Of a stretch of 64,000 nucleotides of DNA, positions 26,791 to 41,040 are shown one piece after another (position 1 is the stretch's first letter; the number at the start of each line of letters is the position of its first letter). The notes under the pieces were generated by a model that saw nothing but the letters and a program-made list of their open reading frames with translations, did not search any database and was not told the origin of the DNA. Origin of the DNA: Octopus bimaculoides (taxonomy: Eukaryota); the NCBI RefSeq assembly GCF_001194135.2, contig NC_068991.1, positions 41,226,774 to 41,290,773 of the forward strand. Reading direction: 5' to 3'. The translations under genes and the position numbers were made by a program.

Positions 26791-29699
26791 AGATAATGCT
26801 AGCTAATTGTCTTTGTTAAGTTTTACATTGATAATTCAGTTCTTTAATATAGTTGCCATTAAATCTGCAGTTTTAGAGTAAACTTGCCACTTCAAATTTT
26901 GATCCCTCACTCACATCATTTTTATACCTTTTAACTCTTTAAAGTGTTGGTATTGAGTATTTATCATTTAAAACTTTTTCAGCAGAAGATTAAAGTAACG
27001 ACAGAAGATTCAGATATGTTTATCTTATTTTCTGCTCAACTGTGCATTTTCAACTTGTTATAGTGTGTTCCTTTCAGAACTGCTCTAAAATTTCTGAATA
27101 TAAAAATGGTAGAAGCTTTAATTGTTATTATCTTCAAAGGGTTAAAGCATTATTTGTAAAGAATTCTTGCTTATAGCTGTCCATTACAAGTGTTAGCAAA
27201 AGTGTGTTGAAAGGGATAAACATTTAATGTTTCCTGTGAACATTTGATGAAAGATAGCTATGATGGAAGATAAATAATACAAGTGATAGGACAGAAGCTG
27301 TTGGTTTTAAGTTTTCTATTTTTTACTAATTTATCTGCAGAATTCTTCTGACTATTCTGACTTCTATTATTGTATTTATCTTGATCTAGTTTCTTCTCGC
27401 ATGTCTTACTTACACCTGCTAACCTTCATTTATTCAAAATGAACAATTGTAGGTTAGTAGTCTTACAATTATTCTTATACCCCAGTCTAGAAGGCAAGAC
27501 CTTAGAAAATGCTGTTGTTACTGCCTTATCTGTGCAGATTAACTATTGATAAAAATGCTTTAAACATTATCTTACCTTGATAACTAAAGAGTGAGGTGGT
27601 AGGAATGTTTTGAATTCTGAAAAGCATCGTATACATTCCACTTCTACTTTTATAAATTTTTCCCTCTCTTTCTCTTTTTTAACATGCATATGTTCATATG
27701 TGCTTTAGATCTGTATGTTTAGATAACTTAGTTGGTACAGTTGTTGGCAAAGAAAAATATACACTATTTTCTATTACTGGAATATTACAGATATGTTAAT
27801 ATCCAACTTTATTTAGAATAATTTGGTTTGATAGAATTTACATGTTATGGAATCAACTTGAGTCTCTATGTTGTTCTTTATTGGTCAGATAGAAACTACA
27901 GCAAAGGTTTTTTAAGTATCAGTAATATAACGGATTATTTTTGTCTTAAGTGATATTATATATAAATATAGCATTTATTATGCCCTATATAAATTCTTGT
28001 TTCTGAAGTAACCTAGTCAGCTTGTGCAAACAACTCACTCTGCTATAGTGAACAACTTACTCTGATATAGAAACATGCTGTTTATTGTCAAGCAAGTATT
28101 TGGTTGTGCAGATATGATGCATTCAATTTACTGCCCAGAAATTTCATGATAATTGTAGTCGAATAGATCAGCTTGTGGTCCATTTAAAAAAAAATTAAAA
28201 AATTTTGTATTACTATTTTTGTTGTTGGGAATCTGGTCATGTTTGCAGTAAAAGTTTGATAATAATTATAGTTGGAATTAACTTTTTTGCAGCTTAATGG
28301 TGTTTGTAGTGAAAACTTGATAATAATTGTTGTTGAGATGAGCTGTTTTTTAAAAAATCTAAATTGTTTCTTTTTTGTTTTTGTTTCCAATCTGTTTCCA
28401 GCAGTGTTACAACAGTGTTGATAATAACCACAGTTGAGATAATCAATTTACACCCCAATCTATTTATATCCCTAGAATTTTCAGTAATGTCTGTATTGAA
28501 GGATTGCAATATAATTTTGAAAAGTTTGTGGTGACCTGCTTGTAGGCTTTGTTGGTATGTAATAGAATGCAAGGTGCATGCTGGTATAAATATCACAAGC
28601 TTTAAAAATCACCAAGATATGCATAGGTTGGTGTTGACTAGTGTTCAGGGGCAGTAACTGCTAAATTTCTCAAATTAGGATTGAGTAGAATGGAGTAAGA
28701 AATGCAGGAGACATGGTTAATGTTAAATATTTCAGTTGTCCTCATTCTAGCATTGAAATTAAAGAATATCTGAATTAGTTTTTAGGTATTATTATTAAGT
28801 TTCAATTTTTGGAGGACACAGAGGTTTTGACATGTTTTCATCTTTGAGTATAATCATTCATCAAGTAAATAATAATATAATCTGTCTTTGAGTTAGTCAC
28901 ACTGTAACAGTGTTGAACACATTCACTTATTTTTTCCCAACAACCCAGTTACTGATTCAGTGTATGCATAAGCAGGCATATATTCATGAAGTCGTGTATT
29001 CATGAATGCATGCTTATATGTACACAAATATATATTCATGCACATATGTATATTTTTATGTACACTTGATGACTGCACCTGCAAATGCACATGCTCACTA
29101 ATGAATATGTACACATGGATGTCCACACATGCACATACATGCATGCATGCACACATGCAGACACATGCATGCACACACAAAGATCATGTATACATGCATA
29201 CATCTAACTTTTATATGTTATTTTTTTTCTGTGAAGATAACTTTTCTTTCATTTTATGTTTATTTTCAATACTAATACTGTTTGGATAGGTCTACAAATT
29301 TAGATTAGTTTGATTGGTTCAGTGCTTATGTCATACAGTTTCAAATTACAAATGCTTCCTTGGTTCATCGAGTTGTGGGTTTGTAAATTTGACTGTTAGT
29401 AAGGTTCTTGTTTCCTATGGAAAGTTAACCTGCTGCAGGAGAACACTGAAGGCTCAATCTATTAAAAAATTTCTTCTATAAGAGCACATATGACACCAAA
29501 GGTAACTGAAATGATTTGTGAAGTTCAACAACACTTATAATATTAGAATAGGTAAGCTAGTTATCTTCATTATTTTATGAGCAGTTATTTTTAGCAGCTC
29601 CAGAAGGATTGAATTGCTAAGGTGAGTCTAATACAGAAGCATGTTACAACATACTGGATAGTATGCAGTGTTTAGGCTGGTGCCCTACTGTATTTTCCT

Positions 29700-29875
29700 G
29701 TGGCTGATAATATCTTACTCTGTGGGACATTTGGCATTAAGAAGGGCATTCAGCCATAAAAACCATGCCAAAACAGACACTAAAACTGGGTGCAGTCTTC
29801 TGCCTAGCCAGCTCCTGTCAAACTGTTCAACCCATGCCATCATGGAAAGCGGATGTTAAATGATAATGATGATGG
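29700..29875 (+). mobile_element. Repeat family C (SINE or LINE 3' tail ending in (ATG)n)
   Basis: ttggcattaagaagggcattcagccataaaaaccatgcc...tcaacccatgccatcatggaaagcggatgttaaatgataatgatgatg. Copies also lie at about 6330-6552(+), 11345-11520(-), 18880-19060(-), 32935-33150(-), 39629-39790(-) and 51040-51240(-). Confidence 0.7.
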
Positions 29876-30317
29876 TGACATAAGGTTAGAAATTTGTAGG
29901 GAGAAGTATAGTTGAATGAATTAGTTCCAATACGCAACAGGTACTTATTTTATTGACCCTTATAAGGGCAAATATTAAATCAATCATGAATAAACAAATA
30001 TATCAACTTCTGTCCTCATGTATTTAGTCCCATAGTCTCATTGAGCCATTTGGACAAATTATGATGGTTATTGAGCCAACTGAGTTTATTATTATTTAGC
30101 ATTTCATCTAGATATGCTCACTTCTCCCAATTAAACTGCAGAAAATGTGAGCAAAACTTGTGTGAAGGCACATAACCTAATGGTTAGCGTATTGGGCTCA
30201 TGACTGTGAAGTCTTGGGTTTGTTTCTTGGACTGGCTAGTATGTTGTGTCCTTGAGAAAGGTACTTTATTTTTTGTTGCTCCAGGTATGCTCTTCTGAAA
30301 ATGAGTATCTGCTGGGG

Positions 30318-30320
<3 letters not shown>

Positions 30321-30401
<81 letters not shown>
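30321..30401 (+). repeat. (CT)n microsatellite
   Basis: Direct reading. It produces the spurious poly-ER ORF. Confidence 0.95.
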
Positions 30402-30402
<1 letters not shown>

Positions 30403-31039
30403 TCCTCTAGCTCTCAGATCCTTGATATTCTGCTGGGTCAAAATTGAGATGTTTCAGTGAATGTCAATATCTCCTCATGACCACACAAGCATCGAAAATA
30501 ATTAACAGTTTGGCACATGCTACCAGGTCATACTTGCAAGTGATAGCTAAACTTGTTTCAAACCAATAGAATACCAATACAGTGTGGATTATGAATAAAT
30601 AAATATACAAACTTTTATGCATATAAGAGGTGAGTGAATCTGAGAAACAGTATGTTTATTTTTAAACCACACAGTATTTGTACTTTAATAATTAAGCCAC
30701 TCAGAGCTAGAATAATGATTTCTGACTCACGCACAATACCAATATTTTTCAGGCATATAAGTGACTGAATTTACCACATAGTATAACTGGTATTTATTTT
30801 ATCAATGCTTTCTTCCTTATAGATGAAATACTAAGCTGTATTCCCTGATATGAATTAAATGCAAAGAAGTTGCATACTGAGTTAGAAATTGTATTTAGTA
30901 CAGCTCACCACTGTTTATACCAACAATAACCTTTCTGTAGTGGTGTTTTAATGCTATTAGTGAATTGTAGAACTCATATTGGATCATACAATCACTCAAG
31001 CATTTCTCAAGAACTTCTACATGTTAAGTCTGGAGGAAA

Positions 31040-31720
31040 GGTCTCTGCCATTAGGTTCCTTTTAAGCGGTTGTAGGTCAGTGCCTGCAGGAAAGATGTGA
31101 GCAGGGAGAAGATTCCAGGGAGTTAATGCTCTGGGGGAATGATTTAAAGTAGTGGTTAATGTAAGAAAAGAGGGGTTAGATGCAATAAAAGTGATGAGAG
31201 TTGGAGAGATGAATGGCTTGGAGGTACCTGAGTGATGCAGATATCATTTAGTTCATAGAGAAGAGACCATTGTAGTAGCAATAGAAAAAAGAGAAAGGGG
31301 TCAGTATGTTTGTGGACCAGAGACTAGAGGGTGTCTATTAGTGATGGGATGCTAGTCAACCAAGTGACTCTTCTCTGGATGCAATTCAAAATAGTGTGTG
31401 TAGCAGCTATACCATCCTAGATATAGGCACAGTACTCCATTGTGGGATTCACTTGAGTCTTGTAGAAAGAAAGTTGTTGGAGACTGAAATATCTTCCTGC
31501 TCTAAAGAAAAGGGCTAGATCCAAGTTATGCTAAAGATGTACCTTTTTCAGGAGAGATCCTTGGTGATATTGGGCCCAGCATTTGAAACACTTATGAGGG
31601 CTGTAGTTGAATGCTGCTTATGGTTAGAGAGGTATGGTATGGTGGTGTTTACATGATACAAGTAGTGCTTCAGTTTTCTTGAAGTGTATTTAGACTAGGT
31701 TATCTTGAGCCCTTATCCAA
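31040..31720 (-). mobile_element. CR1/L2/Jockey-group LINE 3' RT remnant
   Basis: Minus strand reads LFFRAGRYFSLQQLSFYKTQVNPTMEYCAYI*DG...CIQRRVT (consensus LYKAQxRPxMEYC...RxQRRA). Confidence 0.75.
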
Positions 31721-33183
31721 GATATAACTACAGGAGGAGTTGAATTAATTCTAAAAGCTAATGAAACATTGTTTAGAATAGTGTAGCTTACAGTAATAAT
31801 CAAGTTAATATTTCAATACAAAGCAAAGAAATGTAAATTTACAATAAATTCTATGAGAATTAAGAAAAAAACGCATAGAAAATAAAGAAGGTAAAATATT
31901 TATGTTCAAAGGTCCATGACAAACACTAAAGTTGGTGGCAGCAATCTATTGTGGTTGAAATACCTGAAACAGATAGGATAGCCACATTTGGAACACCTTT
32001 GGTCATAACTCTGCTTGATTAGAGCTAACCTGAGTATAAACAGTTACTACAAAATGCAGGTGAACAGAACCACATGCAAGTCTATGTGACTTGGCCACAA
32101 TATCCTAATCCTATCATCTCAACATTTTCAAAAAACAGCAAAAGTAATATTGTTTCGTCACTACATAGATTATCTAAGACTCGGATAAGGTTGGACTTGA
32201 CCAATAATACACTGAAAGTCTTTTGAATTCATGGGTCAAAAAACACATACAGGAAATATGTGAAGTTGGATTGCTACAACAATTTACTTTGAAAGGTTTT
32301 ATGTCCTTCATAAATTTACTACTGATGTTTCTTTAACCAGGGTCTGTTGTCATTATTAGTGTTGTCCTGGCGATCTTTTTGTTGTTCTTGTTGTTGGTAA
32401 TGTAGCCATTTTTCGTCCTTGTTTTTGATGCTTTCATTGTTGTTATCATCATTATTGTTGCTGCTGTCCTATTTTCATTGTCATCAATATTGTTGTTGCC
32501 ATTGTTTGTACCTCATCATCATTTAACCCTCATTCTTTTCTACATTTTTATCATCATCATCCCAATCTGCTGTCCTTGTGGCAAATAAGAGAAATAATTG
32601 TTATTTTTACTATTACTGCTGCTACTACTACTTTGGGAAATTGGTGACTGAGTTGATATGACATTGGCTTAACTAGAGTCAAAAAGTTCAAAATTTTTTT
32701 TTGCAAGGTTGGCAACAAATGCAGAGGTCAGAGGGGAAAAGAGGTCTTTGTAAATTGAGAAGTAACGTCCACTATCTTGTATTCCATCATCACCATCACA
32801 TATATATGCCAACTGATGAAGGATACCAACAAATTATGAGACATTTTATGATCCAACAAACATATGTCAGCGTAGGGAAAAAATTTAATCAGACATGAAA
32901 TCACAATGATGATATGTTTATCATCTTCATCATCATTGTTTTAATGTCCTCTTTTCCATGTTTGTTTGGAGTAGACAGAGTTCATTGAGGTAGATTTTTT
33001 TTTATGGCTAGATATCCTACCTGTTGCCAACTGTTACTTATTTCCAAGCAAGGTAATATTTCCCCACAGCCAGACATATTTTTATGGAAGATTGGAAATA
33101 ATTAACACCACTTGTATGATGGAGGCAATCATTTATGTCTATTGCACAGTGTGAAGGCAGTGATACATACATGCAAATACATG

Positions 33184-33249
<66 letters not shown>

Positions 33250-33253
<4 letters not shown>

Positions 33254-33466
33254 GGAGTGCTGAAAAGTTCTTGACTTTAAGGATATCGTGAAAGGCCTAG
33301 TTCGAAGCCAAACCTTCCAAATTCTTTTACATGACTTAGAAAAACTGAATGATTACTGCAATAAGTGTGTGAATTTGAGAAGGAAATATATTGGATAAAA
33401 TCATAGTTAACTGATCCTCCTGTATTTTCTTTTACCTAAAGCCAGGAACTTTTCAGCACTCCCTTG
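33250..33466. mobile_element. Mariner-type MITE with TA target duplication, inserted at a (TA)n tract
   Basis: Left TIR tgaaggagtgctgaaaagttcttgacttt matches the reverse complement of the right end, caagggagtgctgaaaagttcctggcttt. TA flanks at 33248-49 and 33467-68. Confidence 0.85.
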
Positions 33467-33669
33467 TATAGACCCCCCCACACACACACACACATGCATG
33501 CACACGTGTATTCCCCCCCACACACACGTGCTTTTAGTGTTCAACAGATGAGCATGTGCAGCTGAAGATCATTGGGATTCAGCCTACTAAATCAGTTTTA
33601 CAAATAGGCTTCTTGCTCATCTTCAATTATTATGCAAAGTTTAATATTGCTTTGGAATAGCTCTGCAAT

Positions 33670-34250
33670 TTTTATGATGGCTAATAAACTTGAGTAACAT
33701 AATTGGATACAATTTTGCTTTAAACTTGGCAAATCTGCTACTGAGACCCTTGAAATACTTCATGTTCATCAGGCTTTTGGTGAATATTCTTTAGGTTGAT
33801 CATAGTTTTTGAGTAGCAGGTGTATATCAAAAGCTAGTTGTATGTCACCTGAAGATGATCAGTGTTCAGGGCCACCAATCATTAGAAAGATGCCAGAAAA
33901 TGTGGGGAAAAATACATGAACTCATGAGGACTGGTGCCTAACAATTCTGTATTGGAAGATTCTTACAGAAATCCTGAATAACATGGCACAGTTTTTGACA
34001 AAGAACAAACTGGTGACCATTCTACACTCTTGGAACTTGTCTAAATTACCCCTACAATGACTTCATTGTGTTTCCAAAAATGAAATTGAAGCTTAAGGAG
34101 TGTGGCTTTGAGATGGTAGATGAAATTAAAACAGAATTCAGGAGGTATTGACTTTGAGGTGCTTTTGAGGCATGAATGATGTATTAGGATTGCTGTGTGT
34201 GTGTTTCTTGAGAGACCATTTTGAAGGCAAGAGTGCCTGAATATAAATAA
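33670..34250 (+). mobile_element. Mariner transposase remnant, internally deleted
   Basis: FCFKLGKSATETLEIL..QAFGEYSL...EDDQCSGPP (HTH region), followed by QFLTKNKLVT and FPKMKLKLKECGFEMVDEIKTE. Most of the catalytic DDD core is absent. Confidence 0.8.
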
Positions 34251-35559
34251 TATATGAAATACATTATTTATAGGGTACTGGTGTAATTTTTAGATCTGGC
34301 CCAGGAACTTTCTGCATACATGGAGATTTTCTGTTCAAATAGTTTTTTTTTTATATGATGTTAATAACTATATAATTATAATAATTGTTTCAGATGTTGG
34401 TACATGGCTAGCAATTTTAAGGGAGGGTATAGTTGATTTCATTGATCCCCCTGCTCAACTGGTACTTTTCTATTGACCCCAAAAAGATGAAAGGTAAACC
34501 ACCTCGGCTGAATTTAAATTCAGAATGTCATGAGTCAGAAGTAATACTGCAAAGTAAATTTTCCTGATCTCTAACAATTCTGTTAAGTTGTAAATATAGT
34601 GGTTTCAAATTTTGGCACAAGTCCAGTAATTTTGAGGGGAAGGGTTTAGTTGATACCATCAGTTTTGATACTTGTCTGGTACTTTATTTTATTGACCCCA
34701 CAAAAAAGATGAAAGGAAAAGTTCTAACTATGGTATAAGATCAATTAAAAGAATATATATTTTATTGAGTTCAGGGGAATGAAAAGTGAAGTCAGTCATG
34801 ATGGAGTTTTAAAGGATGTAAACAAGGCACTTCTACTACTCTACAATTTCTGCTGTACACCTTGTAATGAATCAGCACCTGACTGGTTGCTTGAACAGAA
34901 AATAAGATCAATTCTCCAAAGCAAAAACATCATGAACTCTCAGACCTTAGAGACTGATTTTACCAGAAGAACAAAAGTACTGTCAGAGATAGATATATGA
35001 ATGTGAGAAAAATGAAGAAACCAAAACTTACAGAGAACTTATCACACACCTAAATATTGGAGACACTTTATATATGTATATATAGTAAATAACTAGACTG
35101 CCAATACAGTGTGGGATTATAAATAAATATGCATGCAGTATCATATCCATAAGCTTAATAAATATATACTTAGCTTTTCTGTGAGATAAAGCCATGTAGT
35201 TAAACCAGAAACCTAATATTGACAGCTTTGAATGAGGATCAAACTGACTTGTTTCATCTTCCTTAAGACTTATCACTGATTGCTGCCAGATGAAAGTAGC
35301 ATAGAACAACTTATAAAAATGTTAAAACTGTGAGTAGTACATTTTCATTTACATAATTTATACAGGATTGAAATCTGTGTATGAATAATTAGTGTCAACA
35401 CAGCTAGGCTTCATTTTACAGTAAGACATGTTTATTAAGCTTATGAATATGGTATTGTATACAAACAGTAGCCTAATACTGTGATGATATATCCATCACA
35501 CCATGTGAAAATGGAAAGCATCAATAGTACTGTAAGACAAAGGTAATAAAAGCCAGCTT

Positions 35560-36600
35560 TATCCTTAAAGGAAGGGAAGCTGTGTCCCAACTAATATCCA
35601 AATGACTGTTGAATCAAACTCCCAATGGTCATAAATTCCATTGACAGACTATAAACCACCTCCTTTACAAGGATGATTCTAAAACCATTTAGAAAAATCA
35701 ACGCTAATATAGAGAGCCTACTACAATTCAACATGAAGTCAGCTATGATATCAAAATGAGGGATTAAACAAATGCATCAGTACCATTTCAAGAAGAGGTA
35801 AATTTATTAAATAAAAACTTTAGAGTAAGATTTAGACACTGAGATCAACGAATTACAACAATCATCCCTGCAAGTACTTAACAGGTATAAATAACCACTC
35901 CAAGTTAAAAACCATAGCTTCAATACAATAAATTGGAAGGTGAGTAAGCAGTAGAACTAGGAAACTACCACATGTACAAAGAGGAAGAGATCTGATATGA
36001 ATACAGAATATTATAAAGTAACTACAGTGCATCAAGAAAAATAATTAATAGCAAACAAAAGTAGATTAGTATAAAGAAATATGGGAAAAAAAACTCGGAT
36101 TTTTCTCTTTATATAAGGACCCAAAGTACAAATTTAAAAAAAAGAAGTTAATTACACAAAAGAAGGATAAATAAAGCAAATAATACAATAAAAATGGAGT
36201 GATGAAATATACTAAATGAAAAAACGAAAAACAGCCCAGCTTTCCCATGGTTGATATCCTGCAAGCTTGAACTGAGAGGAAGTGAGCAATTATGAATATT
36301 CACAAAAGCTCAAAGCTCTGGACTAAACACAGAAGCAGAAGGTTTAATTATAGATGGACCAGATCAATGCTTAGCTACAAAAATCACTAAAAAACAAAAA
36401 AAAAAGAGGTTAGCATCAACTACTGATTCTAAAATCTACATGAAGAAAAGATTAATTACCTCGCTTTTTGGCTGCCCATGCTTCACAAAGATGGAATGCA
36501 TATTCACATATTGATTTGGCAATATACAAACACTTCTATGTAAAATCAAAATAACTGGTACAAGTAGACATGAAATCTGGTTACAAAACAATGATATAAT
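35560..36600 (+). mobile_element. Highly degenerate R4/Dong-clade RT remnant
   Basis: INHLLYKDDSK near 35650 (from INHLLYMDDLK), EAEGLIIDGPDQCLATK near 36330 (from TEGLxxAAQDQAL), and a later GCPxL-like segment. Many stops and frameshifts. Confidence 0.65.
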
Positions 36601-37578
36601 TACAACACTCTGTAACAGTCATGGGCAACCTACAACCCATGGGACTTTGTGAATGACTGGATGCCTGCTTAACAAAAAATTACCTTGAATTTTGTTAGTG
36701 TGGTTTGTCTGATGATGATCCATGTCTCATACAGCTTGCTTGTTGAAAAAAGTTCTCTATGCCTGCTATTGGAGTTGTGTTTCTAGCAAAGCTGACAAAA
36801 GATCAAAGTGAATTGCCCCAGCAATTTCTAGGTATCATAATAAAGGAAAACTCTAGCACTCTGCCAGATATCTTGATTTTTTTTTTTACCAAAATGTCAT
36901 CTGGGAGGAAGTTAAGCATCATCCCATTCCTGTGAAGACATTAGTATACATATCAGGAATCCTGAAGAGCTGCTGTGTGACTACTTGGTCTGCTAGAAAT
37001 AATAGCCAAATCTCCCTCATATAACAGCTTCTCTGTGTTCACTCCACCTGTGAAAATAGCAGTTAAATCCGCCTTGTATCAGATAGAAGACATTACACGA
37101 AATCTTTTATTTGCTAGATCAGAAGAGATGCCTTCTAATTAAAGTCTTGAACTACTTGATATCCAGTCATATCGTATGAAAAAAGAAAAAAATGGAATTG
37201 ACATGAGTTCTACCAGCCCTTAGAACAGACTGAATTCTTTTGTTGATATTAGTCTTTTGATTGACTGTAGCCATGTTAATGTACTTTCTTCAAAATGTTC
37301 CAGTTAATCACTTTGATTGCAATACTTTGGTAATTATTTTTATCAGTGTTTTAAGGAAAAAATTATGAATTAGGCCTTTGCATACTCTGTACAGAACTGA
37401 CATATTAGATAATATAATCCTAGATATACTCCTGTATGATGAGCTGGCCATGGCTGGAATGCCTTGATCATAGGTTCTCCTGACTGGGATTGATATATTA
37501 ACCTACATTAACAGAGGTGCACTGGATGAAGCTGTGAATAAGTCTCACAAAACTGTAAAAAGATAATAATAATAATAA

Positions 37579-37998
37579 TTCTTTCTAATTTTGGCACAAG
37601 GTCTGAAATTTTGTGGGAGGGGACTAGTTGATTACATTGACCCCCCCCCCCCCCCTCGTGTTTCACTGGTACTTAATTTATTGACACCAAAAGGATGACA
37701 GGCAAAGTTGACCTGGGTGGAATTTGAACCCAGAATGTAGCAACAGGTGAAATACTACTAAGCTTTTCGTCCAGTATACTAGTGATTCTGCCTGCTCACC
37801 ACCTTAATAATAATAATAATATAATTAATAATGGTAGTTTCCAGCTTTGATATGAGGTCACAAATTTGTAGGAGCAGATGTTTATTGAATTGACTCTGTA
37901 TTGACCCAAGAGGGATTTAAAGCAAAGTAAACCTTGTTGGGATTTGAACTCGTGTAAAAGAACACTTTATGGTTCTCTATCATTTCTGTCACTCCACT
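37579..37998 (-). mobile_element. Two tandem SINE family A copies with (TAA)n spacers
   Basis: Copies at about 37579-37804 and 37830-37998, both with the shared core motifs. Confidence 0.75.
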
Positions 37999-38044
37999 AC
38001 TTTTGGATGATGATAATAATAATATCATAAAGCTATGACATGCT

Positions 38045-38520
38045 AGTTTAGTTAGCAGGGATGTTTTCTTAAGGTTTGGTGACAGCAAGTCTCCTCAAAT
38101 CTTCAGAATCTTCTTTTCAGGATTCTTGCAGAATACAGGATGGTACTTTTCTGCAGTTTAACAATATGTATCTCAATTCTAATGTCCTTCAGCCTCTTGG
38201 GTTGCAGTTTGGGTGTTGTACCAAGTGCATTAATTACTACAGGAACAACTGTCACCTTTGTCTTCCACAATCTCTTTATTTGTCTGCTTAGGTCCTGGTA
38301 TTTCTCAGTTTTCTGTTTCTTTGGTATCCATTCTATTAACATCTACCATTGCAAAGTCTGTGATCATATACTATTGTTTCCCCCCACTCTACAATTATAT
38401 CTGGTCTCCTTGCTTCAATAGTATGGTCAGTCTTTATGGAAAATCACATAAAAGCTTATAATTATTACTCATCGCCACAGCCTTTTCATATTACATTTCT
38501 GTTACTTTGAAACCCCACAC
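38045..38520 (-). mobile_element. R4/Dong-clade non-LTR retrotransposon 3' fragment (restriction-like endonuclease)
   Basis: Minus strand reads TDHTIEARRPDIIV...TDFA...EKYQDLSRQIKRLWKTKVTVVPVVINALGTTPK...LQKSTILYSARILK, a PD-(D/E)xK RLE C-terminus. Confidence 0.85.
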
Positions 38521-38661
38521 TTGACTAACATCCCAATGCACTCTTACCTGCGTAGTCATGCCTGTGCTAATTGCTGCATTCATTTTAGAGATGATTAATA
38601 CTTTCATCTTGTTTACCACAGATTCTGTATTTACAGTCTAAGTTGTTAGCAATTTGTCTTT

Positions 38662-39100
38662 GGTGAGCTGGCAGAATTACTAGCACACTGGGTGAAATGC
38701 TTAGTGGTATTTTGTCTGTCTTCACTTTCTGAGTTCAAATTCTGCCAAAGTCAACTTTGCCTTTAATGCTTTTGGGGGTCAATAAATTAAGTACTAGTGA
38801 AACACTGGAGTTGATGTCATCGACTAGTCCTCTCCTCCCAAATGTCAGGCCTTGTGCCTTGAGTAGAAAGGATTGTTATTATGGCTACTTGCTGTCAGAA
38901 TTATTAACATGCCAAAGAGCATGTTTACTGGTATTTCTTCTCACCCTATATTTTGAGTTCAAATTTTGCTGAGGTCATTTTTGTTGTTCATCTTTCTAGG
39001 GGTTGATAAAATAACTACCAGTTGAGTACCTCGGTTGATATTATTAACTTACCTCTCCCATCAAAATTGCTAGCTTTGAACCAAAAATTAGAATTATTTC
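38662..39100 (+). mobile_element. Two tandem SINE family A copies
   Basis: First copy ggtgagctggcagaa...gagttcaaattctgccaaagtcaactttgcc...gtcaataaattaagtac. A second diverged copy starts near 38881. Confidence 0.8.
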
Positions 39101-40056
39101 TAATATTGCTTTTTTACTCTGTGATCACCATACTTACCATATATTTGAATTCTCTTTTTAACCTTTTTTTTTTTAAACTACAGAAGAATATTTCAAATCA
39201 GAATTGTCAAATTTTATTTTCTTTCACGATGTTCAGATCTGAATGTAATTGTTTTAGGAATTGAATAGGTTATATAGTAATTGTTACAAGTTTAGAAAAT
39301 ATTAGCAACTCATGTTGGTGTAAGATAGTGAAGTTGAACCCCCTTATGAGTAGTAGACATTGGACATTGTAGTTTTGCAGACAGTGTCTGAATAAAAGAT
39401 GGGTTAATTATTTGACAATTTACCTCCTATTAATGTTTTTTTTGTCTTTAAATTAGATGAAATGACTTTTCAATATGCGACATTTATTCACTGACATTTC
39501 TTGTTAACATTTTAAACAGATATAATGTGTATGTATGTATGTGTAAGTGTATCTGAGTTATGTGTAAAAAGGGCATATATGGCTAGGTAATTGCGTGAGT
39601 GTGTGTGTGTGTGTGTATATATATCCTCATTTAACATCTGTTTTCCATGCTGGCATGGGTTGGATGGTTTGACTGAGAACTGGTAAACTGGGGAGCTGCA
39701 GCAAGTTCCAATCTGATTTGGCATGGTTTCTACGAGTGGCTGCCCTTCCTAATGCCAACCACTCCAAGAGTGTAGTGGGTACTTTCTATGCTGTTTTTAC
39801 TTTCCCAAATGTCCCGAACATTTGAACTGATCTAAATGTTTTTTTAAAATCATATATATATATANNNNNNNNNNATATAATGTGTATGTATGTATGTGTA
39901 AGTGTATCTGAGTTATGTGTAAAAAGGGCATATATGGCTAGGTAATTGCGTGAGTGTGTGTGTGTGTGTGTATATATATCCTCATTTAACATCTGTTTTC
40001 CATGCTGGCATGGGTTGGATGGTTTGACTGAGAACTGGTAAACTGGGGAGCTGCAG

Positions 40057-41040
40057 NNNNNNNNNNNNNNNNNNNNNNNNNNNNNNNNNNNNNNNNNNNN
40101 NNNNNNNNNNNNNNNNNNNNNNNNNNNNNNNNNNNNNNNNNNNNNNNNNNNNNNNNNNNNNNNNNNNNNNNNNNNNNNNNNNNNNNNNNNNNNNNNNNNN
40201 NNNNNNNNNNNNNNNNNNNNNNNNNNNNNNNNNNNNNNNNNNNNNNNNNNNNNNNNNNNNNNNNNNNNNNNNNNNNNNNNNNNNNNNNNNNNNNNNNNNN
40301 NNNNNNNNNNNNNNNNNNNNNNNNNNNNNNNNNNNNNNNNNNNNNNNNNNNNNNNNNNNNNNNNNNNNNNNNNNNNNNNNNNNNNNNNNNNNNNNNNNNN
40401 NNNNNNNNNNNNNNNNNNNNNNNNNNNNNNNNNNNNNNNNNNNNNNNNNNNNNNNNNNNNNNNNNNNNNNNNNNNNNNNNNNNNNNNNNNNNNNNNNNNN
40501 NNNNNNNNNNNNNNNNNNNNNNNNNNNNNNNNNNNNNNNNNNNNNNNNNNNNNNNNNNNNNNNNNNNNNNNNNNNNNNNNNNNNNNNNNNNNNNNNNNNN
40601 NNNNNNNNNNNNNNNNNNNNNNNNNNNNNNNNNNNNNNNNNNNNNNNNNNNNNNNNNNNNNNNNNNNNNNNNNNNNNNNNNNNNNNNNNNNNNNNNNNNN
40701 NNNNNNNNNNNNNNNNNNNNNNNNNNNNNNNNNNNNNNNNNNNNNNNNNNNNNNNNNNNNNNNNNNNNNNNNNNNNNNNNNNNNNNNNNNNNNNNNNNNN
40801 NNNNNNNNNNNNNNNNNNNNNNNNNNNNNNNNNNNNNNNNNNNNNNNNNNNNNNNNNNNNNNNNNNNNNNNNNNNNNNNNNNNNNNNNNNNNNNNNNNNN
40901 NNNNNNNNNNNNNNNNNNNNNNNNNNNNNNNNNNNNNNNNNNNNNNNNNNNNNNNNNNNNNNNNNNNNNNNNNNNNNNNNNNNNNNNNNNNNNNNNNNNN
41001 NNNNNNNNNNNNNNNNNNNNNNNNNNNNNNNNNNNNNNNN
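40057..41040. other. Assembly gap (N run). Other gaps: 21096-21254, 39865-39874, 43461-43650, 46638-47060.
   Basis: Direct reading. Confidence 1.

Noticed and set aside
39520-40056. Near-exact ~180-bp duplication (about 39520-39700 versus 39875-40056)
   Set aside because: The copies sit either side of a 10-N gap, differ by one G in a homopolymer, and the second ends at another gap. This is most likely a contig-overlap assembly artefact.
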